A DNA stretch of 64,000 bases from an uncultured Pseudomonadota bacterium. GTDB taxonomy: Bacteria > Pseudomonadota > Alphaproteobacteria > JACZXZ01. Position 1 is the first letter of the stretch; each line of letters begins with the position of its first letter. The DNA lies in the NCBI GenBank assembly GCA_963749075.1, contig CAVVLJ010000004.1:1-64000 (forward strand), given 5' to 3'. The position numbers were made by a program, and so were the translations under genes. Positions 10,403 through 21,387 of the stretch are shown here, in pieces. The notes below the pieces were generated by a model. It saw only the letters and a program-made list of their open reading frames with translations. It was not told the origin of the DNA and did not search any database.

Positions 10403-10861
10403 CTAATAGTGCACGGCGCCCGGCGTCGTCGCGGTCCCGTTCCCAATCGATCCGCCGCCGATGTTCATGCCGATCCCCGTATGGCCCTTGGCCGGCATCG
10501 TATGATCGGCTTCCTGCCATGAGACGAGTTTGCCCCCGACAAACTTCAAATCCAAAAAGGTGCCTTTGTCGCCGTCCTTGGCCGACGTGTACATCAGGGC
10601 CGCCGCCACGTCGTTGCTGTTGGGCTTGTAGGCGTAGCTCCAGACCTCAGTATCGCCCGGCAGATACGTGCGCAGGTCAGGCTCGCCCCACGCATGATGC
10701 ACCTCGGGCGAGGTCTGCCCGACCGCCAGCGAATCCGACATCCGCGTCACCTTGATCCGAGTCCCCGCCTGGTAAGCAACGCCGCATCCTGACGCGGCCG
10801 CCGTCATCGACGCGATCGCAATCGCCACCAACGCAAATCCGTAAAGTCGGTTAACCTTCAT
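10403..10861 (-). CDS. putative lipoprotein with SmpA/BamE-like domain
   Basis: Lipobox ASG-C; LAVGQTSPEV..WGEPD..EVWSY pattern. Confidence 0.6.
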   Translation of the reverse strand: MKVNRLYGFALVAIAIASMTAAASGCGVAYQAGTRIKVTRMSDSLAVGQTSPEVHHAWGEPDLRTYLPGDTEVWSYAYKPNSNDVAAALMYTSAKDGDKGTFLDLKFVGGKLVSWQEADHTMPAKGHTGIGMNIGGGSIGNGTATTPGAVHY

Positions 10862-10955
10862 CGGTGAAAAAATCCATCGGCGCGATTCTGTGGGCGCCAT
10901 CCTTGATTATCAACGATATGCTATAGACCAAGCGATATGAACGAGGGAGACCCCG

Positions 10956-11189
10956 ATGGCGCGTAAGCTGACCCTGGTGAAAGGAGCGTCGCAGCGAGGC
11001 TCGCTGGTTTACGGGATGCGCATCTTCGATGCGGGCACCGTCGCCGGCGTCGAGGACGCGCGCGTCAACCAGGCCGACGGCACCAGCGGCCGCGTCACGA
11101 TGCATCTGATCGAAGGCACGCGGGTGCAAATCAAGCGGCAACTGCTGCAAAGCATCGACGCTTTTTTCGAACTGCTCGACGAACAGTAA
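10956..11189 (+). CDS. small hypothetical protein (77 aa)
   Basis: GGGAG RBS upstream; host-like codon usage; amphipathic C-terminal helix LLQSIDAFFELL. Confidence 0.7.
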   Translation: MARKLTLVKGASQRGSLVYGMRIFDAGTVAGVEDARVNQADGTSGRVTMHLIEGTRVQIKRQLLQSIDAFFELLDEQ

Positions 11190-11214
11190 AATAAATCTCG
11201 ATGGAGTGGAAAAC

Positions 11215-11999
11215 ATGGATCTGAAATTCGTCAAATACGAGAAGCGCAACCACATCGCCTACATCACGTTCAACCGGCCCGAGCGGATGAACGCCATGCA
11301 CCCGCCCACCAGCGTCGAGATGGACGGCGTGTGGGACGACTTCGTCGCGGACAAATCGTCGTGGGTCGCGATTGTCACAGGCGCCGGCGACAAGGGCTTT
11401 TCGGCCGGCAACGATTTGCGCTGGCAAGCGGAGAATCGCGCACAGCTCGGCGAGGCGCTGCGGGCCAAGGGCGGCTTTGCCGGCATCACCGCCCGCTTCG
11501 ACATCTACAAGCCGATCATCGCGGCCGTGAACGGCTTCGCCCTCGGCGGTGGATTCGAAATCGCGCTCGCCTGCGACATCATCATCGCGGCCGAGCATGC
11601 GCGCTTCGGCTTGCCGGAACCGCGCGTCGGCCTGATGGCCGCGGCCGGCGGCGTCCATCGACTCCCACGGCACATCCCGCTCAAAATCGCGATGGGCATG
11701 ATGCTCACGGGCAAGCACATCACGGCAGCAGAGGCGTTGCGCTACGGAATCGCCAACGAAGTGGTCCCGCTCAAGGACCTGATTCCAACTGCCGAGAAAT
11801 GGGCGGCTGAGATAATGGAATGCTCGCCGTTGTCGGTGCAGGCCAGCAAGGAAGCGGCACTGAACGGCCTCGGCTTGCCGGTGCAGGACGCGCTGGCGAA
11901 GCACTACGATCTGCAGACGAAACTTTTCCGCTCGAAGGATGCAATCGAAGGCCCTCTGCATTCTCCGAAAAGCGGAAACCGAACTGGACCGGAGAGTAG
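11215..11999 (+). CDS. enoyl-CoA hydratase/isomerase (CaiD-like), one indel near 11958
   Basis: FSAGNDL, KPIIAAVNGFALGGGFE, FGLPE. The canonical end AFSEKRKPNWTGE* appears after a 1-nt shift; the uncorrected ORF runs to 12258. Confidence 0.92.
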
Positions 12000-12338
12000 G
12001 GCGCGCGAGCCCCAAGGCAGCGCGCAAAAGCGCGCAAGCGAGATGCAGGAACTCTGGCTACTGCGCGACGCGATCGCATCGCTAGTCGTCGGCGCGACGA
12101 CCGCAGCCTTCCCGCCGGTCGGCACGGGCGCATTCTGGATCATCGTCGCCTTCTACGGGTCGTGTCATTTTATTCGACGACGAAACCCCGCGAGGCGTCC
12201 CCGGCATCGAGACTTCTTTTACGCGACGCGGCCGCATCTGAGAGATCCGCAAAACTAGCAGTTGTGCCTGAACACTGGGTGCAGGGGTCACCCCTGCCGC
12301 CCACCGCGCAGGTGATTTTTTCTTTCTTGGCTCGACAC

Positions 12339-12356
12339 AGTACGACCGGTCGTGCT
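12339..12356. promoter_or_regulatory. palindromic operator AGTACGACCGGTCGTGCT, probably for the adjacent TetR
   Basis: Near-perfect 18-bp palindrome 11 nt before the TetR start codon. Confidence 0.7.
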
Positions 12357-12367
12357 TTTTATGGCGC

Positions 12368-12822
12368 ATGACGACAGCCTCGGTTTCTACCCGTGAGCGA
12401 ATATTGCAGCAGGGTCTCGCCCTGATGAGTCAGTCGGGCCTCGCGGGCGTCACGCTCGGCGTGCTGGCGGATCAGGTCGGGATGTCCAAGAGCGGGCTGT
12501 TCGCGCATTTCCGATCGAAAGAAGACGTGCAGATCGAATTGCTCACGCACATGGCCGAGTTCGCGCAAGGCCATGTTGTCGCGCCGTCGATGGCTGCCGC
12601 CGAGGGCCTCCCGCGCTTGCGGGCGTTAGTTGGGAACTGGTTCGGATGGGCGCAGCGGGCAGGGCTGCCAGGAGGATGTCCAGTGGCGGCCGGTCTGTTC
12701 GAGTTCGACGACGTCGAAGGGCGGGTCAGGAACAAGATCCTGGCAATGGAGAGTGAATGGCGCGGGTTGCTGACCCAGTTGGTTCGGCGCGCGGTCGAGA
12801 CGGGGCATCTGCGGCGCGACTC
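12368..12822 (+). CDS. TetR/AcrR family regulator, 3' end cut at a junction
   Basis: HTH LADQVGMSKSGLFAHFRSKE; GGCP motif; homology ends at GHLRRD. Confidence 0.88.
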
Positions 12823-12899
12823 AAGGTGCTGCTGGTTCATCGGGTCAACGTCCTTTCGGTCGGGTGGCGGAGCGAGACGACGATCCAACCTGTCGGCGG

Positions 12900-14147
12900 T
12901 CAGCGGTCGGCGAAGACCAGGATCTCGCCCGTGTAGACGGCAACCCAGACGTCCCCGGTGGTGGCGTCGTAGGTCACCCCGATCGGGTTGACTCCTGTCG
13001 AGACCGTTTGGAGGATCGACATGTCCGAGGTCCGGATCTTGGTCATGGTGTCGGACTCGTAGTTGACGACGTAGAGGGACAGTCCGTCGGTCGAGATGGA
13101 CAGGGAGCGGTCGGCGTCTCCGGTGTGGACCGAGGCGACGACCTGGTCGTCGGAGAGGTCGACCTTGACGCAGTTGCCAGGCGGCGTTCAAAGAGACGTA
13201 CAGGTACCGGCCCGCGGGGTCGATGACCACGCTGCCGCGGGTTGTACCCGACGTAGAAGGATCCGACCTCGGTGAGGGTGTTGAGGTCGACCTTGACCAC
13301 GTCGTAGCCGCCCATGATGGCGACGTAGGCGGTCGAGGAGTCCGGGGAGATGGCGATGCCCCGTGGGTAGGCGCCCATGGGCAGGCGGGCCACCTCCTTC
13401 GCCTCGGCGATGTTCACGATGCTGAGGTCGTACGAGCACCAGTTGGCCACGAGCAGCCACTTGGCGTTCGGGGACACCGCCAGGTACTTGGGGACCAGGC
13501 CGACCTCGATGACCTGGTCGATCTCGAGCGTGCTGGTGTTGATCCGGTAGACGTAGCTGTTGGTGTCGCCGGCCGCCTCAGCCGAGGACGGCGTGCAGTT
13601 GTCGTTTCCCTCCGGCCCGAACCCGGTGCCGTACATCGAGTAGTTCGACACGTACGCGTACTTGGCGTCCGGGGTGAAGGCGGCCTCGACGGGCGCTCCG
13701 TGGGTGATGCCGGGGTGCCCCGGGAACCCAAACTGGGACATGTCGACCGTGTCGGGGATCGTCTTCACCATGCTGCCCGGCGCTGTTGTAGACGGTGACG
13801 GTGTGGCGATACATCATGTTCTGGGCGAAGACGAGGCCGGTGTCGGACGCGTCCACGGACTTGGGTGAGATGTCCCCGCCGATCGTGTCGATGAGGGTCA
13901 GCTGGCGCTGGTCGGAGGGACGGCCAGGCGGGACCCGCTGAAACGGTGGGGTCGTCGTCGTGGTGGTGGTCGTGGTGGTGCGGTGGGAGACCGTCGGGAC
14001 CAGGGCGATGCCCCCGGAGCCGGGCCGCGAGGCGAGGGCGCCGGAAGCCCACAATCCCGCGCCGAGCCCGAGCAGCATGACGGCGACCGTGCGAGCGAGC
14101 CTGAATGCTCGGCGACGCCTGCCCCGGGCGTGGCGGCCGGCTGGCAC
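12900..14147 (-). CDS. secreted/membrane-anchored YncE/YVTN beta-propeller protein (frameshifted)
   Basis: TM and Thr-rich linker, then repeats PVEAAFTPD, PKYLAVSPN, PRGIAISPD and the end GEILVFADR*, over several frames. Confidence 0.85.
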
Positions 14148-14346
14148 GGTTCAAGGATCGCTGGTCAAGGCCAACGAAGCAAGCAGGGGCGCATCCGGGG
14201 TTGCCCCGAAGGCCCCAACCGCGGTCCGGGCCCGCCTCGGTCGCCCGGATCCGGGGCGCGACGCCGCGACACGGTCATCGCGCATGCCGCTTCGCTGCCA
14301 GTAGGGTTGGTAGGCTCGAACCCGAGGAGACGGTGGTAGCGATTCG

Positions 14347-15075
14347 ATGCCGATGACCGTGGCGTGTCGTCGCGCCGCCGTTCTCAAACTGTGCGCGGCC
14401 GGCGTCCTGGCCGGTGCGCTTGGGGCCGCGGTCATGCCCGGCGCCGGTGCCGGCGCGCTCAGCCGTTCGCAGGCCCAAGCCCAGGCGAAGAGGTACCTCC
14501 TCGTCTTGAACGACATGCCGTCCGGCTGGAAGTCCCAGGGGGCCGTGAGCACCGGGGGCGGCTCGAACAGTTTCCCGGGGGCCAAACAGCTGGCCGGCTG
14601 CATCGGGGTTTCTGCGAAGCTCATCACCGCCAACGCTCCCGAGGCCGACAGCCCGTACTTCCAGGACCCTGCCGGATCGCTCGAGGTCCAAGACAGTGTC
14701 TCGGTATTCCCCTCAACCGAGAACGCCCGGGCCGAGTTCAACACGATCGCGAACTCCAAGACGCCCCCCTGCATGACGACTCTGGTGAACGCCCCGAGCT
14801 TCAAGGCCAAGATCCTGGGGTCGTCGAGCCAGGGAGCCACGGTCGGGACCATCACCGTGACCCCGGTGCGCCCCGGCGCCTACGGCAAGGGCAGCGTCGG
14901 CCTCACCCTCACGCTCCCGGTCTCGAGTCAGGGAACCAAGGTGACGGCGAAGCCGACGGAGATCTTCTTGATCAAGGGCGACCTCGGCCACCAGATCTCC
15001 TTCAACTCCTACAACACGACCTTCCCGTTGTCGCTGGCCAAGCGGCTGACCTCGGTCGCCCAGGGTCGGCTCTGA
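14347..15075 (+). CDS. secreted hypothetical protein (actinobacterial type)
   Basis: Signal peptide, LLVLNDMPSGW motif, two Cys. Confidence 0.7.
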   Translation: MPMTVACRRAAVLKLCAAGVLAGALGAAVMPGAGAGALSRSQAQAQAKRYLLVLNDMPSGWKSQGAVSTGGGSNSFPGAKQLAGCIGVSAKLITANAPEADSPYFQDPAGSLEVQDSVSVFPSTENARAEFNTIANSKTPPCMTTLVNAPSFKAKILGSSSQGATVGTITVTPVRPGAYGKGSVGLTLTLPVSSQGTKVTAKPTEIFLIKGDLGHQISFNSYNTTFPLSLAKRLTSVAQGRL

Positions 15076-15212
15076 ACCCAAGGCGACCCCGGCGCCCCGC
15101 ACCTGGCCGACACGAGGGGCCGTCATGATGCGAAGGGCCGACACGTCGTCCCACAACTTCGAGCGTCACCCGCCGAGATGTATCGGGCGCCGGGCACCGG
15201 CTCGCGAGGCTC

Positions 15213-16268
15213 TTAAGGGAGTTCCCGAGAGGTCAATGGGATTCGGGACGCTTGCTCCGCAGGCGCATGCGGCCGTACTGGACCGCCCCGATGAGGGCGG
15301 CGGCGCTGCAGATCGGTAGCACTGCGACCGCCACGCTCCGATGTGAGCGGAGCAGCGAAGGTGATTCCGACGATGGCGAGGGTCACGATCAGGATCTCGG
15401 GAGTGTCGCCCACGAGAAAGTCCCATATCGCCGCGCCGACCCGCACGAGCGCCCGACCGACCGCCCTCACGTGGCGACCCTGTCCCTCAGGCGTCCCCGC
15501 GGGAACCGCCGGAGTCCGAACGGTCCCGCGGCGCGTCCAGGCGATCAACAGGACGGTGAGCGCCACGAACCCCGCTACGAACACGAGCAGGGCGATGTCG
15601 GATCCCGGCCAATGCACCCCTGCCCCCTCGCCGACCCAGAAGGTCCCGAAGCTTGTCAGCATGATGCCCACGATTGTCTTGAGCAGATTCTCGGGCACTT
15701 CGGACAGCTGGCGAACCACGAGTGCCCCGACGCCGGCAACGAGCAACGCCGCGGCGCCGGCGGCAAGCGCCGCCCAGCCAATCCGGTGTTGGCTCGCTCC
15801 GAGCCCGATCACGATGAGCACGACCTCCATGCCCTCGATGAAGACGCCTTTGAACGCGACGACAAATCCCTGGGTGTCGCGTACCCGCGGTGGAGCTTCG
15901 CCATTCAACGAGCTCACGGTCCGGGCGTAGATCGCATCCTCGTCGTGCTTGGAGATGTACCCGGCCGAGCGGAGGATTGCCTTGCGGAGCCAGGACAGCC
16001 CGAGCAAGAGGAGAATGGAACCGGCCACGACTCGTAGAGCGTCGATCGGCGTGTAACGGACCAGGGCAACGCCGCCGCCCCCAACCAGCACGGCCAGGAC
16101 CCCGAGGGCCGCGGCGGCTCCTTCCATGGCGCTGCGCCAGCCTCTGGTCGCGCCGACGGCGACGATGATCGTGAGCGCTTCCACCATCTCGACGAGGCTC
16201 GCCGCGAAGACGGCGATGAGGAGACCAACGAGCGAGGTCGTCTGCGAGGACACCGCGGCGAGGATCAT
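15213..16268 (-). CDS. COG4280-type membrane protein (FTR1/GDT1-like) with extra C-terminal WDFLVGD membrane segment
   Basis: ASLVEMVEALTII and FKGVFIEGMEVVLIV internal repeats, WLRKAILR, VPENLLK, FGTFWVGEG. Confidence 0.8.
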   Translation of the reverse strand: MILAAVSSQTTSLVGLLIAVFAASLVEMVEALTIIVAVGATRGWRSAMEGAAAALGVLAVLVGGGGVALVRYTPIDALRVVAGSILLLLGLSWLRKAILRSAGYISKHDEDAIYARTVSSLNGEAPPRVRDTQGFVVAFKGVFIEGMEVVLIVIGLGASQHRIGWAALAAGAAALLVAGVGALVVRQLSEVPENLLKTIVGIMLTSFGTFWVGEGAGVHWPGSDIALLVFVAGFVALTVLLIAWTRRGTVRTPAVPAGTPEGQGRHVRAVGRALVRVGAAIWDFLVGDTPEILIVTLAIVGITFAAPLTSERGGRSATDLQRRRPHRGGPVRPHAPAEQASRIPLTSRELP

Positions 16269-16586
16269 TGGGCACCCCCCAGCCTGGCGAGCCCAGCACG
16301 GCCCTTGCAGGAGGTCTGCTTGACCGGGCCCGGCGCAGCCGACGGGCCACCGGAGCGTTCGGTCAAACCTTCGACGACGACGCCATCAGCCACAGCCAGC
16401 TGATCCTATTCGCCGCAATCCAAGCCGGGCCAAAGAGGTACGCGGCGCACTGCACCGACGCAGAACTCGTGGGGAACGATGTCGACCTGGCCAAGCTGCG
16501 GGCAGGGTCGTGGGTTCGCTCGGGATCCGGTAGACGAGCACGAGCCAGCGGTCGGGTGGTGACGGGCTCTTTGCGGTCCCAGCCAC
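16265..16586 (-). pseudogene. ChrB-family (chromate-resistance-like) fragment, interrupted
   Basis: The ChrB_N signature WLVLVYRIPSEPT breaks at ~16510 into unrelated sequence. Confidence 0.6.
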
Positions 16587-16593
16587 ATGCCAA

Positions 16594-17850
16594 CTATGAC
16601 CCCTCGGACCTCGAGCCGCCGTCTGACGGAGCCGGGCGACCAGAGGCCAACTGCGGGTCGCCCGCCCGTGCCGGGGTGATTGGCGTCCCGGCGTCCACCA
16701 GCGACTCGTACTGGTCGATCACGGGGCCGATCGAGTGGGACCGGCGGACCTCCTCCAGGGCCAGCTCCCGCATGCGATCACGGGCGCCCCGATCCGCGAT
16801 GAGGTTCCCGATGGCCTCGGCCAGCTCCTCGGGGTCGTTGGACGACGGGACCGAGCCCGCCCCGCCGCCGAGCAGGGCGTTGCCCCCGGCACTCGCCGGG
16901 GCGACGCAGGGGACACCGCACGCCATCGCCTCCAGGAGGACGTTGGGCATGCCTCGCGGTGCGAGGCCAGGCAGAAGAGGTCCGCCGAGAAGAGGTACGG
17001 CAACACGTCGGTCTGAGGTCCCTCGAAGCGCACGAGCCCCGACAGCGAGTGGGCAGAGACGAAGGCTTCGAGCGCCGCCACGTAGGCCCGATCCTCGGCC
17101 TCGACCGGCCCACCCACCAGGACCAGGGTCAGGGGCACCCCCCGATCCCGGAGCAGGGCGACGGCGGCGAGCAGCCGGTCGGTCCCCTTGCGCGCCTGGA
17201 GGTGGCTCACACTCAGGGCGACGGTCTCGTCTCCAAGACCGAGCGATGCTCGGGCCCTGAGCCGTTCGGCCGCGGCTGGCTCCCGGAAGCGCGAGGCATC
17301 CACGCGGAACGGCGATGACGGTTGCGTCCGGGAGTTCGAGGTCGGCGAGCTCGCCGAGCATCTCCTGGGACAGCACGACCTGACGACAGCGACGCAGTGC
17401 CGATCGGCGGACGGAGGCCTTGCGTCCGGCTAGAGGCCCGGGACGCGTCGCCATGGGTCACCCAGGTGTGCAGGGTCACCGCCCCGAGTCCGGCGAGCCA
17501 CGAGCACAGGGAGAAGTCGGCGTCCATGATCACGCTGACCGTTCGCGATGGATCTCCGCCTGCGGACCAGCCACCACCAGAGGCAGGCGAGCATGAGCGC
17601 CTTGGCGCCCCGGCCACGACCGGGCGAGCCAAGGCGCCGGACCGAGATGCCGTCGATCACGTCGCGCCCACCGCGCGAGCCGGACGCGGCGGGTCACCAC
17701 CGTGACGTCCCAACCCCGCCGGGCGAACTCGGCCGCATGGAGGCGGGTCTGGGTGGTGGTTCCGCCCAGCGAGGGCACGTAGTCCGGGACGACGAGCACC
17801 ATCGTCGGCCGTCCTGTGCCACCCGCCCGGCCAGGCGCCGGGGAGCTCAT
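16594..17850 (-). CDS. glycosyltransferase family 4 (frameshifted)
   Basis: DYVPSLGGTTTQ, KGTDRLL, DLFCLAS, (E)GMPNVLLEAMACGVP in successive frames. Confidence 0.85.
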
Positions 17851-18047
17851 GGGACCCACCGGTCGGCGGGCCAGCAGAGGGGCAGCGGGTCCCCAGCCAC
17901 CCCACCAGTCGGGTGTGCCAGGTGGGTCGCCATGGCACTGAAGGCTACGGTTCGCCCGTCCGGGTGGGGTGCACCGCCGTGGAGCTCGAACGATCGCCCG
18001 AGGTCCAAGAACGGCGCGTGGCGATCCGGCGGATCGGAGGAGGGACC

Positions 18048-18832
18048 ATGTCGCGCTTGTCGACGCTTTCCCGCAGCGTGGAAGGTCGGAGTGCGATCAT
18101 CACCGGGGCTGGCAGCGGCATGGGTCGGGCGACGGCCCATCTCTTCGCCGATGAAGGGGCCAAGGTGGCGGTGGTCGACATCGTCCCCGAGCGGGTGACC
18201 CAGGTGGTCGAGGAGATCGCGGGCTCCGGCGCCAGGCCGCGGCTGGACCGTCGACGTCGCCGATCGACGGGGCGCTCAAGGGGCTGGTCGAGGACGTCGC
18301 GGCCGAGTTCGGCGGGATCGACATCGTGGTGAACAACGCCGGGATCGCGGCGCCGACCCCGATCACCTGCTCGGACGAGGAGTTCGAGGCCGGTTGGGAA
18401 CGCACGCGTCGCGGTGAACCTGACCGCGCATATCAGGATGGTCCGCGCCGCGCTTCCCCACCTCGAGGTTGGGGCGCGGGCCGGGTGGTCAACATCGCGT
18501 CGACCGAGGGCATCGTCGCCACGGCCGGGCTCCCCGCCTACACCGCCACCAAACACGGTGTCATCGGGCTGACGAAGAGCCTGGCGGTCGAGCTGGGCCG
18601 GACGAGGGGTGACGGTGAACTGCGTGTGCCCGGGTCCGATCCTGACCGACATGACGGCGGCGATCCCGGAGGACCGGCGGCTCGAGTACGCCCGCCGAAG
18701 GTGGCCCTGCGGCGCTACGGGCTGCCGGAGGAGGTCGCGCACGTTACGCTGTCGCTCGCGCTGCCGGCCTCGAGCTATGTCAACGGCGCGGTCGTGGTGG
18801 TCGACGGCGGCATGTGGATTCGCCACACGTAG
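18048..18832 (+). CDS. short-chain dehydrogenase/reductase (frameshifted)
   Basis: TGAGSGMG, VNNAGI, YTATK and VVDGG motifs; GGAGG RBS. Confidence 0.9.
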
Positions 18833-19031
18833 CGGCCGAGGCCGGCCTGGCGAGGCGTCCGGCCGAATCGGTCGTCAGCATTCCGACGGGTCCGACCGAG
18901 CACCCCCGTGGTGCGGCGAGGTCCAGGGCCTACCGTCCGCGAGGCTTTCGAGGTGGAGCCATGGCACCGGTGTCCAGGTCGTGGGCCGGCCAAGTGGTCC
19001 GTGCCCGGAGCCTGCCCGTGAGGAGGTTCCG

Positions 19032-20495
19032 GTGAGCGATCGGTTGCCCAACCTCATTGTCGTCATGTCCGATCAGCACCGGGCCGACATGATGGGCTGT
19101 GCCGGCGATCCGACCATGCTGACGCCGGCGATGGACCGCCTCGCCCGGGAAGGGATCCGCTTCGCGAGGGCTTCGTGCCAGGGGCCGCTGTGCATGCCGT
19201 CGAGGGCGTCGTTCATAACCGAGCGTTACGTCCGCGACCACGGCGTCTACACCAACTGGTCCGAGATCCCGACCGATTCTCCGACGTACGTCTGGTGCTT
19301 GAGGGAGGCGGGCTATCACACCGCGCTGCTGGGGAAGGCCCACCTCTATCGGGATGAGGGTCTGGTCGCCGGCCACATCGACGAGCTCGCCGGGCGGCTA
19401 CGCGGCCTGGGATTCTCCGAGGTGCTCGAGACCAGCGACAAGTTCCTGAGCGACATCCCCAATCGCTATACCGACTACCTCGCGCAACAGGGCCTCCTCG
19501 AGACCTACCGTCGCTACATCGCGGACCGCAGCTACCAGGGCGACAACGAGACCGGCCAGAACGCGACGAAGACCGTTCCCATGTGGGACTCGACGCCGCT
19601 CTCGATACCGCTGCAGTCCTACATCGACACCTGGCACGGCTTGGAGGCCGTCCGCTGGATCGCTGACTACGACCGCGACCAGCCGTTCTACCTGTTCGTC
19701 GGCTTCCCCGGCCCCCATGACCCGTGGGACGCTCCTCAGGCTGCCGTCGATCGGTATCGGGGGGCCGAGATCTCGATGCCAAGTTCCGTCCTCCGGCCAG
19801 AGCTCGAAGGCACCGGTCGCTACCGGGCCCTCCTCGAGTCCTTCCTGTGGCTCTCGGACACCGAGACCATGACCGGTGACGCCATAGAGGGGATGCGCCG
19901 GGCGTACGCGGCCGACATCACCGTCATCGACGAGGCCATCGGGAACATGCTCGCCGCGCTGGAGGCACGATCGCTGCTGGAGGACACGTGGTTCATCTAC
20001 ACCAGCGACCACGGAGAGATGGCTGGGAGCCATGGCCTTCTGTCCAAGTGCGTCATGTACGAACCCGCCGTCCGCGTCCCGCTGATCGTCCGGCCGCCCG
20101 GGGGGTGTCCTCCGAGGGTCGTCGAAAACCTGGTCGAACACCTCGACGTGCCGGCCACCCTGCGGGACATCGCCGGCGCCCCCCCGCTCCCCTCGAGCGA
20201 AGGCCGCTCGCTGCTGGACTGCATCGTCGGCGGCGGGTCGCCCGACCGAGCCGTCGTGGTGAGCGAGAACTGGGGGTTCGCTTGCTTCGAGACCGACCGG
20301 TTCAAGCTGGTCGTCGACGAAGACGCCGGTGTGCCTTGCCAGTTCTTCGATCTGCGGGACGATCCCTTCGAGGACACTGACCTCCTCGTCGATTCGGCCG
20401 TGAAGGGCGACGTCGAGCTCCTCATGGAGGCACACGTCCGGCCCTTCTTCAGCAGCCCGCCCGCCCGGCCGACCCCGAGTCTCTTCACCGGCTGA
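19032..20495 (+). CDS. formylglycine-dependent sulfatase (choline-sulfatase-like)
   Basis: PNLIVVMSDQHR, CMPSR (CxPxR), GKAHL, PHDPW, SDHGEM; GTG start after AGGAGG. Confidence 0.93.
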   Translation: MSDRLPNLIVVMSDQHRADMMGCAGDPTMLTPAMDRLAREGIRFARASCQGPLCMPSRASFITERYVRDHGVYTNWSEIPTDSPTYVWCLREAGYHTALLGKAHLYRDEGLVAGHIDELAGRLRGLGFSEVLETSDKFLSDIPNRYTDYLAQQGLLETYRRYIADRSYQGDNETGQNATKTVPMWDSTPLSIPLQSYIDTWHGLEAVRWIADYDRDQPFYLFVGFPGPHDPWDAPQAAVDRYRGAEISMPSSVLRPELEGTGRYRALLESFLWLSDTETMTGDAIEGMRRAYAADITVIDEAIGNMLAALEARSLLEDTWFIYTSDHGEMAGSHGLLSKCVMYEPAVRVPLIVRPPGGCPPRVVENLVEHLDVPATLRDIAGAPPLPSSEGRSLLDCIVGGGSPDRAVVVSENWGFACFETDRFKLVVDEDAGVPCQFFDLRDDPFEDTDLLVDSAVKGDVELLMEAHVRPFFSSPPARPTPSLFTG

Positions 20496-20519
20496 GGCGG
20501 CACTCGGTAGATTCGCTCC

Positions 20520-21387
20520 ATGCCGAAGGCCAAAGCCAACGACGTCACGATCGAGTACGAGACCGAGGGTGACCCGGAGAACCCGGCGCTGCTGCTCATC
20601 ATGGGCCTCGGGGCTCAACTGGTGGCCTGGGATGACGAGCTGGTCAGCCTCCTGGCCGCCCGCGGGTTCCACGTGATCCGGTACGACAACCGGGATGTCG
20701 GGCTCTCGACCTGGTTCGACGAGCTGGGGGTGCCCAACGCGATGGCCGTCCTGGAGGGCCAGGAAGCGGCGCCTTACCTGCTTGCCAACATGGCCGACGA
20801 CGCTGCCGGTCTGCTCGATGCGCTCGGAATCGAGTCGGCGCATGTGCTGGGTGTCTCGATGGGCGGGATGATCGCCCAGTGCCTGGCGATCGGCCATCCG
20901 GAGCGGGTGCGCACGCTGACCTCGGTGATGTCCACCACGGGGAATCCTGCCGTGGGTCAGCCCCACGAGGGTCGCGCTGGCGGCCCTGCTCGCGGAGCCA
21001 CCGAGCGACCGCGAGGGGGCGATCCAGGGGTCGTTGGCGTCGTGGAAGGTCATGGGATCACCGGGGTATCCGCTGCACGAAGACCGGATCCGCGCGTCGA
21101 CCGGGGTCGCGTACGACCGGGCCTTCCACCCCGACGGCACCGCTCGCCAGATCGTGGCCATCTTGGCCTCGCCGGACCGGACCCCCGGCCTCAACCGGCT
21201 GCGAGTCCGCACGCTCGTGATCCACGGCGACAGCGACACGCTCGTGGACCCGAGCGGTGGCCGGGCCACTGCGGAAGCGGTCAAGGGCTCAGAACTGTGC
21301 ACGTGGAGCGGCGTCGGCCACGACTTGCCACCCGAGTTGTTTGGCGAACTCGCCGACCGGGTGGCCATCCACTGCCTGACCGGGTAG
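20520..21387 (+). CDS. alpha/beta hydrolase (one frameshift near 20970)
   Basis: LIMGLG, YDNRDVGLS, GVSMGG, IHGDSD and GVGHDLP. Confidence 0.9.

Noticed and set aside
12043-12258. Possible small membrane protein after the hydratase
   Set aside because: It has a hydrophobic stretch but no RBS or family I can support.
13950-13982. GTG/GTC trinucleotide run as a contingency repeat
   Set aside because: It encodes the Thr-rich linker of the beta-propeller protein.
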